From Takakia lepidozioides (taxonomy: Eukaryota; Plantae; Bryophyta): DNA of 25,000 nucleotides. Positions 10,295-21,379 of the stretch are shown here, piece after piece (positions within the stretch are counted from its first letter, which is position 1; the number at the start of each line of letters is the position of its first letter). Below the pieces are notes generated by a model. It searched no databases. It saw only the letters and a program-made list of their open reading frames with translations, and was not told the DNA's origin. The position numbers and the translations under genes were made by a program. The stretch is taken from assembly GCA_030704615.1 (NCBI GenBank), contig JAKLZA010000075.1, positions 1-25,000 on the forward strand, in the 5' to 3' direction.

Positions 10295-11140
10295 ATGGGA
10301 GTGATGGAGCAGTTCCAGAGCGACAGGGCGACGTATGTGGGTGTGGCCCTAGCTCTGGCAGCCGTGGTGGCAGGGGCTTCGTATGTGTGGCTGAGCAGAC
10401 GCAAGCCCAAAATGGTTCTGGATCCAGAAAATTGGAAGAAGTTTGAGTTGGTGAAGAAGGATCAAGTGAGCCACAACGTTGTGAAGCTGCGATTTGGGCT
10501 GCCTACTCCAACGTCTGTGCTGGGGCTTCCCATCGGCCAGCATATTAGCTGCCTTGGGTTTGACTCGGAAGGTGCGGAGGTGGTGAAGCCATACACGCCT
10601 ACAACCCTCGACTCCGACGTTGGCCACTTTGAGTTGGTGGTCAAGGTGTACAAGGAGGGTAGAGTTTCTGCCTACTTGGGTCGAATGAAGGTGGGGGAGA
10701 AGCTCACATGCAAGGGCCCCAAGGGCCGCTTCAAGTACAAGCCCAACCAGGTGAGGGCCTTTGGGATGATTGCTGGTGGAAGTGGCCTGACCCCGATGTA
10801 CCAGGTGGCACGGGCGATACTGGAGAACCCCAAAGACAAGACGCAAGTCTATCTCATCTATGCCAATGTGACATACGATGATATTCTTCTTAAGGACGAT
10901 CTAGACCACATGGCAAGAGACCGCCCTGACCAATTTAAACTGTACTATGTTCTCAATGAGGCTCCAGAGAAATGGGACGGTGGTGTGGGATTTGTCTCAA
11001 AGGATATGATCAAGACTCACTGCCCTCCCCCTGCTGCTGACATCCAGATTTTGCGATGTGGACCTCCAGGCATGAACAAGGCCATGGCAGGCCATCTCGA
11101 CGCTCTCGGCTACTCCAAGGAGATGCAGTTTCAGTTCTAA
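10295..11140 (+). CDS. CBR1: NADH-cytochrome b5 reductase (CBR1 type, N-terminal membrane anchor), intronless, 281 aa
   Basis: Hydrophobic anchor YVGVALALAAVVAGASYVWL. FAD-domain motifs LGLPIGQHI and KPYTPTT. NADH-domain motifs GMIAGGSGLTPMYQV, LIYANVT and ILRCGPPGM. Ends MQFQF. The first ATG is at 10295; the ORF-track start at 10247 is a GTG inside the repeat. Confidence 0.95.
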   Translation: MGVMEQFQSDRATYVGVALALAAVVAGASYVWLSRRKPKMVLDPENWKKFELVKKDQVSHNVVKLRFGLPTPTSVLGLPIGQHISCLGFDSEGAEVVKPYTPTTLDSDVGHFELVVKVYKEGRVSAYLGRMKVGEKLTCKGPKGRFKYKPNQVRAFGMIAGGSGLTPMYQVARAILENPKDKTQVYLIYANVTYDDILLKDDLDHMARDRPDQFKLYYVLNEAPEKWDGGVGFVSKDMIKTHCPPPAADIQILRCGPPGMNKAMAGHLDALGYSKEMQFQF

Positions 11141-11999
11141 TTGTGTCTTGACTACTCTTTTCAATGGCCACAATGAAATGGCCATCTGACTAACAATCCA
11201 GACTAGCGCATTGCAGTATTGTTTGCCGCAGCATGCGATGCTCATGTAGTACTTGATCATGAGCGGGAATTGGAATCTTTCAATTGGCGTCGTCTATGGC
11301 CTTAGTCTATCAGTGCCAGGAATTGCCTCAGGGAGTTCATTTAGGGCTGGCTTGCCACCAATTCTTGACATTCTTCCATCAATATACACCCGAAGTTTTG
11401 TGTGTCAAGAGTAAAACGCTTGTTTGTTTGTAGTAGTAAATTTTCCCTGAGAATGCATTACACTATCAAACAATTTCACGGAAATTGAAGTTGGAAAGAT
11501 GTTCAGATTCTCAAAAAGTTTCACAATGGAATCATTCAAAGGAGGTGCCCGAGAGGCAAAGCCAGTCTGCACTTTTGGGATGTGAGATACAGCTTCCAAC
11601 TGCATTAGTGGATGGCCTCAGAAATGGTAGAAAGGTCACCTCCGCGCCAAAGAATCTTTCTCTCTCTTTAAAGAGGAAGTTAGGCAACTTCCAAATCACT
11701 TGTGTTCAAAGATATTGTGAATGCAGGGTGGCTGAGTTTAGTTGGATGTGCTTTGCAATATGTTCCATACTGCAACACGGAACACACCGGATATATACTG
11801 TGACCGTGGGCTGTCCAAGTTAAAGATGGGCATGGAAGCTATGGGGTCCTGCATTGTAGTTTGTCGACTGTGTTTGTTGACATGAGGCTGGGACCGAGAA
11901 ATACAATTTAGTGCACACAAGTCATACTTGGCTTAAAATCAACCAAGCACTTAGTCATTGTGCAATGTTGACCCTTAGACACCTAAAATGTTTGGGAAA

Positions 12000-14900
12000 T
12001 TAGATCAAATGCCGCACAGCAGCAATGTCTTCTTGCAACCGGGCTTGGTATTTCTGCACTCGCACTGGGACATTCTTCTCATTCCACTTGCAAGATGTCA
12101 CGCCTCTGCTCAGTGTGAACACCTCTGCACTCGTAGGTCTCCTGTATCAATAATACAGACAGTCTAAATAAATCAAATAGAGAAGAGTACATGAGGACTG
12201 GTCATGCATGTATGCCTCAGGAGCAGAGGCAGAATTCGAGTTTGTAATTGCTTCAAAGTGATGAAGTGGACTTGCAGGGATGTATTAGTATCTATGGCCT
12301 TAGTTCGCATGAGTCTGAAAGTACTTGTGTACTGTAGCGAGCAGACATGAGCAGGCCCAGTAGGCTCAAATATTGTGTGGAGTTTGATACCAAGTGGAAG
12401 TCTCTGGCTGTAGCATACTAGTTATTTCAGCTGCACCTCTTCACTCGAATTGATTGATTAGAGCCCTGGTTCTTATGCCATGGTTACCACGGCTATCAGT
12501 ATATCATTGGCTATAATACCATTAACTCTATGAATGAAAGAACAACTTCAGATATTATATCAAAGCTCTAGCCCTGTGAAAGCCTCAATCTTTGCATTCA
12601 CAGGATGGGTACAATACGTATGCAGCCATACCTGGCAGTCAATGGCACATTGCACTGAGGAGACACTGCTCTTGCTGTACATGAGACTGTATGTGGCCGG
12701 ATAGATACTGTGATACCGCACTGATGCCTGGTAGATGGTATCCCAATTGCCACAGCTGCAGAGTGAGGCCTCCATGTGGTGGGTGATTTAGGTCTCGGTG
12801 AGAAAGAAACAGATTGTGGTCGACATGCAAAGATCCCTGCAAATTGAGGCCTTGAAGAAAACCCTGTAGATTGCGGCCGGAAAGAAATAGCAGCAGATTG
12901 AGGCCTTGTTGAAGTAGCTGCAGATTGGGGCCGTGTAGAAATTGCTGCAGATAGAGGCCTGGCAGGAAAGGGTGTCTCAAGTCTTGGGGTGAAGGATACA
13001 GAATGGGGTCTGCCTGCCAAGAACCCCTCGGAGTGGGGCCTAGGTACATAGATCGCCGACTGTGGGCGAGAGAGATCTCCGGTGCTCTTACACTTGTTGG
13101 AAAACTTGGCAGGATTGAGATGTGTATGGAGCCTTACGCTGGAAGGTTGATCCCAAACATAGCCACCCATGCCAGTTGTGGGTTTGACATGTTTGCCTGT
13201 GCCCACAAACGGTGTTTCCCCCAGTTGAGTCACCCATTGTCTCTGGGTGTCCTCCTGCCCAGCAGTATGTCTGTCTTGCAATTGTGAACCCAAAGGGGGT
13301 AGTGGATAGTCGCGAGTAAGCGACAGACAAAGTTTTGGAGGCTTCGGAGCATCTGTACCAGGCCAGAAGGGAACACGAATGGGAAGGGGTGCAGGTCTCC
13401 AAGAATACCTTGGTTGATATTGCGCTATTTCTTCAGGCTCCTTTTCAATAATCCCTGGCCAGAATGGACAATTTGGTCCAATTGGAAGTGGGTTATGATG
13501 ATGAAGACCATCTCGATCCAGTCTATCAAACATGGGGACGGCTGAACTCCAGTTTGTTGTTGCTGCAAAGAGGGGTGGTTGCAGCTTGCTGTAGATGACA
13601 TCGTCTCTGCTCCTCAAAGACTTCGGAACACACTCTTCAGGAGGTCGAACAAGTTCCTGACAGAGCATCAGACACAATTCACATTTACCACAACTGGAGC
13701 TAGAATAGTCCAATTTCATGAAGAGTATGGAAATCAGATCTTCATAGGCAGGATTCATGGCAGATATAGCCAGTGGACATAATGGTGCAGAGATGCCATC
13801 GGTATTCCACACCAAAAGACAATGTCCATTTGCTATCTAACATGTACTTCTTAGTCTATTTCTATGTTGTAGTGTTTGTATTGTCATACAAACATGCAAA
13901 CAAGGGCACCTTACTTGAAAGATACTCCCTTTTCTGATCCAGCATGGATCTTCGAGAGGTTCCGGATCAGTTTCGAATGCAGAGTCACACTCTCTTGCTT
14001 TGTTACAACCTTGAGTTCCCATCCGCTCCCCATGGGTCTCTGTGGGGTGTTGTAACACCTCATCAAACCGGGTTTGCCACATAGGAGGGTTTTCCACAAA
14101 TGTTCGGTGTCGGGAGTGCACAGTTGTTGGTGGAAAAACCATATTGCTACAGCCCTGCATGTTTGCTTCTGTGGGTTCAAATACCATGCTGTTCAAGATT
14201 CTTTCTGGGGCACCAAAACCCTGGTGAATATGGCTTGACACACAACTTGCAGGCATGTACCTCGGACCTCGTCGTTTTGAGGGAACGATTGGGATAATCT
14301 TTTTGAGCATCTTCCAGTAGTCTAGATATCCTGTTGGGAATTTTTGGTTTCAAGTCTGATCAGCATCTGATCCAGCACTTCTGTAGTATCTTGGTTAGAC
14401 AAAGCATGAAGATACAATTGGCAGAATGGGTGACACAAGCATTTAACTTTCAAAGGTGTTATTTTCATTCTCTTTCTTGAAGTTCATGTTGATGCAACAA
14501 TGCCCGCCTGACCATGGATTAGAATCATCTTTTGCTGCATAATGGGGGGTGTGAAGGTAGGTGAGCTCCCCCACCTTTTCCATCAGACACAAAGGCTGTT
14601 GACAGCAGCTTCAGCTCTGCTGGGTTGAGGTCCACTTGCAGTTGTTTCAAGGCCCACCCTACCTCCCCAATGGTTAGTTTTCCTGCACATGGCCACGTAT
14701 GGACACATATACCAATATTCCACTGTGGAGGTCCATGAAAACTGTCATCAACCTAAGGATCTCTTAAAGGTCCCTCCTATTTTCGTGTGTGGTGTATGGG
14801 CATGAAGTGAATCAGTGACTCTCTCTCTGCTTGCTCTGGCACCCTCTTCACCTGTCCCTTTCTCCTTCAGCAGAGACATTGCATGACTTGACCTGACTAA

Positions 14901-17900
14901 TGAATACCATCCCAGGAAATGTTTCTTATAAAAACCTCCTCTCCCGGGACCCTAATCGGAGAAGAAACAAACCACTGTGTGCAGGATCTAGTCTTCTGAA
15001 AGTATCTGCAACCTCCTTTGGTTGAGTTCCCTGTATTTTCTCCTGCAGTCAAATGCACTTGTGAGACAGGTTGTGTTCATCGTATTATTGTTATAAAGAT
15101 TGGCCTGATACAGAGCCAAAAGGGTGTTGTTTATGTGTGCAATGCACACTCAGAGTCATATGACAGTTTGATGTGTAGGTGTGTGCAGTTAGGTGGGCGG
15201 GGGTGATACCTACATTCTACTATGACCTTCGCCTTACTGGCGAAAATCCACTCTCATCTACCTATCAGAACCACAAAATAGCCCCTCAAAGGAAGCAGCC
15301 TGCAATTTGGAATTTTGCAGTCGCCACCTGGGTGCAAAGCGCCAAGGTTGCAAATCCTCTTTTGACAGCTGCAAGTTGAATCCTGGCCACTACACTAGTG
15401 CTCTGCTACGAGGATCGGGAACTGTTTGAAGGAAAAAAGGTGTGCAATTTACTGACAATGCACCTATAAATTGTTTCAAACAACTTTTCTTGCAGTTGTT
15501 CCTAATACAGAGGGATGGAACGCTCTACTGGTAGATGGAGGGCAGTTTCCCTTTCCTAGGTGCACAATTAAAATCCGTTCTTAGCTAGAGGGAAGACAAC
15601 TCAAATAAAACCTAACCAGGTCAAGTTACACCCAAGATCCGTCGAAACTTGCAACCTCCCAAATAACTACCACCCTAGAAGATCTTCAATGGATGCAAAA
15701 CTATTGGAAATCAAGCCCCAGAGAAGCTAGCGTCATGAATAGTTCTCATCCAGGTTTTGGAAATACCAGGTAACAAATATACCTGTACCCTGTCTCTCAG
15801 GAGGGTCATCGCTGCTGATTCCGCCCCCTGTTGTTGAGTTTCTCTTGCAATCCGGTTTCTTGAATTTTGCTTCCTCTTTAGAACTCCATCAAGCCATGTG
15901 GCGCTGCCAACATCAGTACCCTGCATGCCCCACTTTGTGGGTCAAGAGTGCTGGCGGCCAGTATTCTAATTTCCCCCAATCTGTAAAAACTTGATGGATA
16001 AAACAAACATCGATACATTGAATTCAGTAGTCCTGAGCTCCCAGGGTTGGATCTCTAAAAATGTTGCTAAAAACTGCAAGGACAGAATTACTTTCCACAA
16101 ATTTCCATTCCCACTTTCATTAGGGCCCATATGACCAATTTGAGGATGGACTACAGATTCACAGGTGAACAATCAATGCTCTAACCTCCTCTATGTAGAG
16201 TCTGAGAACTTGACTTACAAGTTTTTCCTTGTGTCCATAATTCTTATGACTGCTTTGTAATAAGCAAAAAAGTGAGGAACAGCTTCAGAATGGGGACCTC
16301 AATATCATCCACATCAAGGCTGAGATTGTTTGGGCATCCAAAGCTTCGATTGCGAGTCCGCCTTCTGCAGTGGGAGCCGTGAATGTCTTGATAAACCATA
16401 GAAGAAGGGTCCCGCACGAGACGTTCCTCAAAGGGCCCATTGATATCCTTCACTTTTAAGCACAAGTCTCGGACTCCTCCTTTACCTAGACCCATAGTTG
16501 AGGGTGTCATAAAAAATGATGTCATGACAGATACATCAACTGCTTACTTCCGTTTTACTACTATTGTCACTGTTTTGGAGAGGTGAGTTTAGGATTTGGG
16601 AAAAGAAAGTCTTACTTGGGTGTTATTGGCCTAGGAACTAAACATGACATTGGTAGCTAGTGTAAAATAGTGGAATAGCAACAAGCAGTGGTGAGCTAAT
16701 GTAATGGCACGCCAGTATCCCTTCGGTCTTCCAATACCCTTGAACTTATATGTGGCTGTGAGAGGAGGTTTGGTCTACCTTCCATGCTTTTCCTAAGAAT
16801 AAGAAAACCAGCCTATCTATGCAGGGTCTCGATATAGCAGAATTATTCAGCAACTCTGTCTAGATGCTTCATCAATTTACGTGTCAGAAAGAAGACATAA
16901 GACCATTCCAATGAAGGTCTAGGTGTTAAGAATATAAGAGCTCACCAAACCTGCGGCGATGGAAAGGCCTCCATCCAGGGCATGTGCCTTCTATATCCTG
17001 AACATTGAGAGTCTGGGAGTTTCTCTCCTGGACCAGTACCCCATACCGTACATGGAAAAGGGATTGAGCATTACCTTAATATTTCCAACTCCTACCTTCA
17101 AAGAGTGTGCATGCCCTTGGTGGACTTGTTTTCTTTCAACTAGTGGTTATAAGGCAGGACCATGATGTACCATTGAAAATGAAACATCATACATCAGACC
17201 ATCAGATCAGGCATTGGATCACATCAGACCCAGCAGCACAATCAAGAGGCTTGCAGTGATACTCCTCCTTCTGGCTTGAATTGCTTCTTCCTCCAGGACA
17301 TCTGGATCCTACTTGGCAGTTCCATAAGGCAACGCTGCCCTCCTTGTTTCCTAAACATCAATAATATGTATGTCGGCAACTTTTGCAGGCCATGTCAGGC
17401 TACCCATAGAATGTATGATTACTCCATCCACCATATTAGAGTCATTCCTTCAAGGTTACCTGCTGAGTGAAAAGCTTACAGAAGTTGAAATTCTGGAAAT
17501 CGGTCGAGCTCCTTTGATGTCCCGTGTGTCCAGGCTGCCGAATCATAGCAAGGTTCTACCACCAATCACTTCAGGTAAATGAAGTGGCTTGTGACAGCCT
17601 TCCATATAGCCACTTGGCCCCCAGCAGCTAAGCTGTTGACCAAGTATTGAGTACTCAGTGAAGGCATTGGGAGTTACCTGTCTCGGAGAAACTTGGGTAC
17701 ACTTGGAATATTCTCAGCAAAGGAGGGCAGGGTGTAGCGTGGTTCCAGCGGATCAGTGTTCCTGGCTGGGACAGGCCCTATTCTCATGCTCTGCATCCCC
17801 ACATGCACATATTCTCGAAGTGTTTTCCAAGAGAAGAATGTGACTTTGGAATGCACAAAAAGTTCCCACCCTTAATGATGTAAGGCTTTTCTAGTGACCT

Positions 17901-20900
17901 TTACACCTGTCTAACTTCCAAGGGCATTCAAAGGAAAATGCTGACAAATTTCTCAAATAGAGCGGACCCCTTCAAACCCCAAGGTTGTAACTACTTTCAT
18001 GGTTCCAACAATTATGCACATTGTCTTGCTATGACTGTATTGTGAATAGATAAGCAATACATCTTACAAACAGTAGTGAAAAGTGTAGGTGTGCTTGAGG
18101 CTCCAAGAGAAGAATATGCAGCCCCAGCCATTTGTAGGACACCGTTCAGAATATATCAAGAGCAAACATATCATGGGGGACGCATACACCACAGAAGTCC
18201 AAAGACTCTGGTCAGTGTAGACAATATAAATCCAGTTCCCAATATAAATCCAGTTTATATTAAGTAGCCGAGGTGGTAAGAGTACCTTCCAGGGATCCGG
18301 ACGATTTCCATCGATGTCATCAGTCGTGAGGTTGTGGTGGGGTCTGTTGACTTTGGCTGTGATCACCCCACCCTAGTATCAGAAAAGTACTTGCCAGAAT
18401 TATGACATTGGTCTCCCACCCCTCTCATCTCCTTGATACTCTGATGTCAAATTGACCAGATCTCTAATCAGTACGATATCCATCGAGTCAGTGGCCAATT
18501 AATGTTGAAACCAAGGACAAAGTAAACGGCCATGGATTATTGGAATCCCTTTAGAGGTAATATGAGACAATAGAGCATCTTCACCCATTTCAGTGAAGAG
18601 CCCAAGAGCCCTGCATCTGGCATCCTCAAGCAGACTCAGTGCAAGCTTTCCTTGTTACGCAATGGTCATCCTCCTATGTAGAAGATGCAAATCACATGCA
18701 AGTTAGAGGCTCTCACCAGGGATCCAAACGTGTGGTGTGCTTTTTGGAATATCCCGATCCCAGTTCTTCGTCATAGTACATCGCTGATTGCCACCCATGA
18801 CCCAATGGTACAATGTTTTAGAACATGCTGAACTGGATAGACATAGTGACAAATAGGTGGAGTCTACATGAAAGCTATCACTATATCGTGTCTGTTCCTT
18901 GAATGTAAATGTATAGGACTTACATGATAAGGGCCACGATTTGTGTACTTGTATAATGGGTGAGGTTTGGCGAGGGCAATCCCTGAGTTCCCACCAATAC
19001 AAGTAAACCACATTAAAGTCACAGCTTCTTAGAATCATTGCTACATGTCTTTATAACCATGTAAGACATACAGCTGGTTTGACATTGATTTTTCAGTTTA
19101 AATTGGCTAGCATGGGCATGTTCTTGATTGGAAAGTATAGATATTCAACTGGGCAAGATGCATATCTTGGGGCAACTGTACATGGTGTAGAATGAAGTTG
19201 CAGTCTGTCTTGTCATGCCCAAGTGGGACGGTCTAGAAAACAGGCTACCAAGTCCCCAAGCACACAAGTGTCAATTTCCCCAGCTTGCATCTGCTCTGGG
19301 CAGTGCACCCATGGTTGATCTGGAGAGTCCAGAGATATGTAGGCCACTGAAAGACTCTTAAGCTGAGTACTACATATGCAATATCTCAGCTCAAGTCAAG
19401 TCACTTTGTTATGGAGAGGTATTGAAGGTGAAGCGAAACTAGGGCCAGGACCTGAAGTGCAGTAAGAAGGCAGGGAAAATCATGCAGGAAACTTTACAGC
19501 GAGCATGATTGATGTAGCAGTAGAATGTAGATTCATTTCCCAACATACCCTCAACAGAGAGAGTGCATGGACCCGTAGCATTGTAACTTGTTCTCTTCAG
19601 TAACCCTGTTTTGCATCTTCGGTTAAGTCTGCAAAATGGGAGCCGTGTAAATGAATTGGACTTCTGATCAACCAGCAAGACATCAAGGAAGGGTTTTTTT
19701 CAAGCTGCTAGGTAGATGGTAATGTTGAACTCAGGTTAGGTCATGGCGACTCTGAGAATGCCAGATTATTTCTAAGGTACTGAAATGCCACTAAGTGAAT
19801 CCAAAAGAAACAAAGAGACGCAACTAGCCCCCCAGCCACTCATGAGGGCAGATCCCAGAGTTGATCTAAACAGAATCCCTTGTTTACCTCATTGTGCAGA
19901 GCAGCCTAAGCAGCTAAGATTCACTTCAAATCGCCAAGCTGGACCTTAAGCTGACCGGCTCATCCTGCACTTATGGTGTCCTTCCAAAATCTACGCAAAT
20001 CCTCCTGAAAATACCTCTCAGAGCAGAAGGACACCTAACACATGAAATTTGCTGAACCAATTACCCAAGCAAATGGACTTTGCCCCAAGTACCCCTCCCA
20101 GCCATCACATTGCCACTTGCTAGATCAGCCCTAGATCCCAGCTCCTTTGGGGATTTGAAGAATCTTCCACCCCTCCCACTCTGCAAATATCAGTCATGGT
20201 TCTGAGCGTTCTCTGATCCCACTGAGTGCTGAATTCAAGGATTCACATGATGTGAGGTAACCATGTAGGAGAGAATCAATACCAAACCCAGGGTTTAAGA
20301 ATTTGTTCTATTGCGCGAAACCTGATTTTGATATTATGAGATACAACACCACTAGTTGGGCTAAACCATCTGGAAGGCCCAAACTAATTTTTTCACCTCA
20401 TTCATTGGGGCCGGGGGTGCCAGAGTCTTCTTCCTTCTCTTCCTACCCCTGCTGAACTGGACCGACATGATGTGTAACTAAAGTTCAAAATCGTTGCTAT
20501 ACTCCTGAGCCTATCTGAAAATGGTGTGAAGCTAGTCTACCCAAGGACAGTGAGTTCTCTCATGAGGCGGCGCTAATTTGTGCGTCAGAGACCTCAAGTG
20601 TGGACCTTGACTCGCCTTGTTGATATCTTCTGTCAAGGAACCTATCGGTGGTTCTCAGCTGAGCGGCTTTACAAGTTCTTTGATTATGCGGTGGATCTAT
20701 TGCCTATCTATTGATCTGGAAAGTTGAAGCGGGGAAGGCACAATCTGTAATTACGGACCACATTGCCTTTTGGAGGTCAGTTGTGACGCATTGCGCAGGA
20801 TTTTCGTTTTTGTAGCTGGAAAAGAATCTCTCATCGGGATTTTATGAAGGCATGTTCACAAACAGCCAAAGCTGCTGGAACGCCAATCCTCACAAGCTCT

Positions 20901-21379
20901 TCAAGGCTTCTCGTCACAATTTCCAACAGATTCAAGGAGAGGAAACCTGAGACTCAGCAGCTGAGTGGCAAAGAGCAAGTCCTACCTAAAGTGTGTTCAG
21001 TTGTCGCACAAAATCAACAGACACGTGAGCCAACATAGAGAGAAAAATGAGCAGGGAGAATTGCTTGCCGGTGATCGTCGGCAACGGAGAGAGTATCAAG
21101 CGACATGGACTTGAGAGTCTTGGTGTACGGGAAATTGGGCTCGAAATCATCTTGCGGTATTGAGACCAACACGAGATCATTTTTCTGCTGTGATACCCAT
21201 TGATCTCGTCGTTGTGGCCCCCTGGCCAGAGGGCTAGTTGCAGGAGTGACTGGCCGGGCAGAGCTCTTAGCTCGAGGAGGGCTGCCACCCGAATGGGGAG
21301 GGCTAGTGCGGGGTGTGAGGGGCCGAACAGAGATCTCCTGCGGCTTGGGCTTCAGAACGCGCGTCTCGCATATCGTCAT
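12000..21379 (-). CDS. Uncharacterised ~974-aa protein with DIxG repeats, EF-hand pair and RPxS array (candidate ciliary/basal-body protein), 15 exons
   Basis: Exons (minus): 21379-21069, 19628-19549, 18982-18924, 18783-18717, 18356-18286, 17790-17678, 17534-17480, 17027-16946, 16485-16298, 15920-15783, 15042-14973, 14682-14575, 14330-13915, 13656-12632, 12141-12000; total 2925 nt. All phases match, and motifs are completed across junctions (LDVDDIE|GT, FRRLDPAHSG|KLTIGEV, VSDGKG|YLDYWKM). The ATG context is GCCATG with an in-frame stop just upstream. Intron 1 requires a GC donor. Extra small exons cannot be excluded. Confidence 0.8.
12685..13070 (-). repeat. Coding minisatellite, ~27-bp unit encoding RP[QHLK]S...
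   Basis: RPQSAIYVP RPHSEGFLAG RPHSVSFTP ... RPLSAAIST RPQSAATST RPQSAAISF RPQSTGFSS RPQFAGIFAC RPQSVSFSP RPKSPTTW RPHSAAV ... RPHTVS. Confidence 0.85.
18222..18255. repeat. Small intronic tandem duplication
   Basis: caatataaatccagtt occurs twice with an 18-bp period. Confidence 0.85.

Noticed and set aside
10349-10846. 165-aa antisense ORF within the reductase
   Set aside because: Shadow of a GC-rich CDS, with no recognisable motifs.
11293-12304. The 14-mer tctatggccttagt occurs twice ~1 kb apart
   Set aside because: About one such match is expected by chance in 25 kb, and it does not flank an identifiable element.
12259-12318. Box C (GTGATGA) ... box D (CTGA) pattern
   Set aside because: Antisense to the host intron, short, with no convincing terminal stem or recognisable guide sequence.
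12639-13049. 136-aa alternative-frame ORF with repeated GLNLQ
   Set aside because: A by-product of the 27-bp coding repeat. Splice phases support the RPxS frame.
15043-15782. Possible extra micro-exons (e.g. VDESGFSP) in the 740-nt intron
   Set aside because: The flanking exons already join in phase and read sensibly. There is no support without RNA data.
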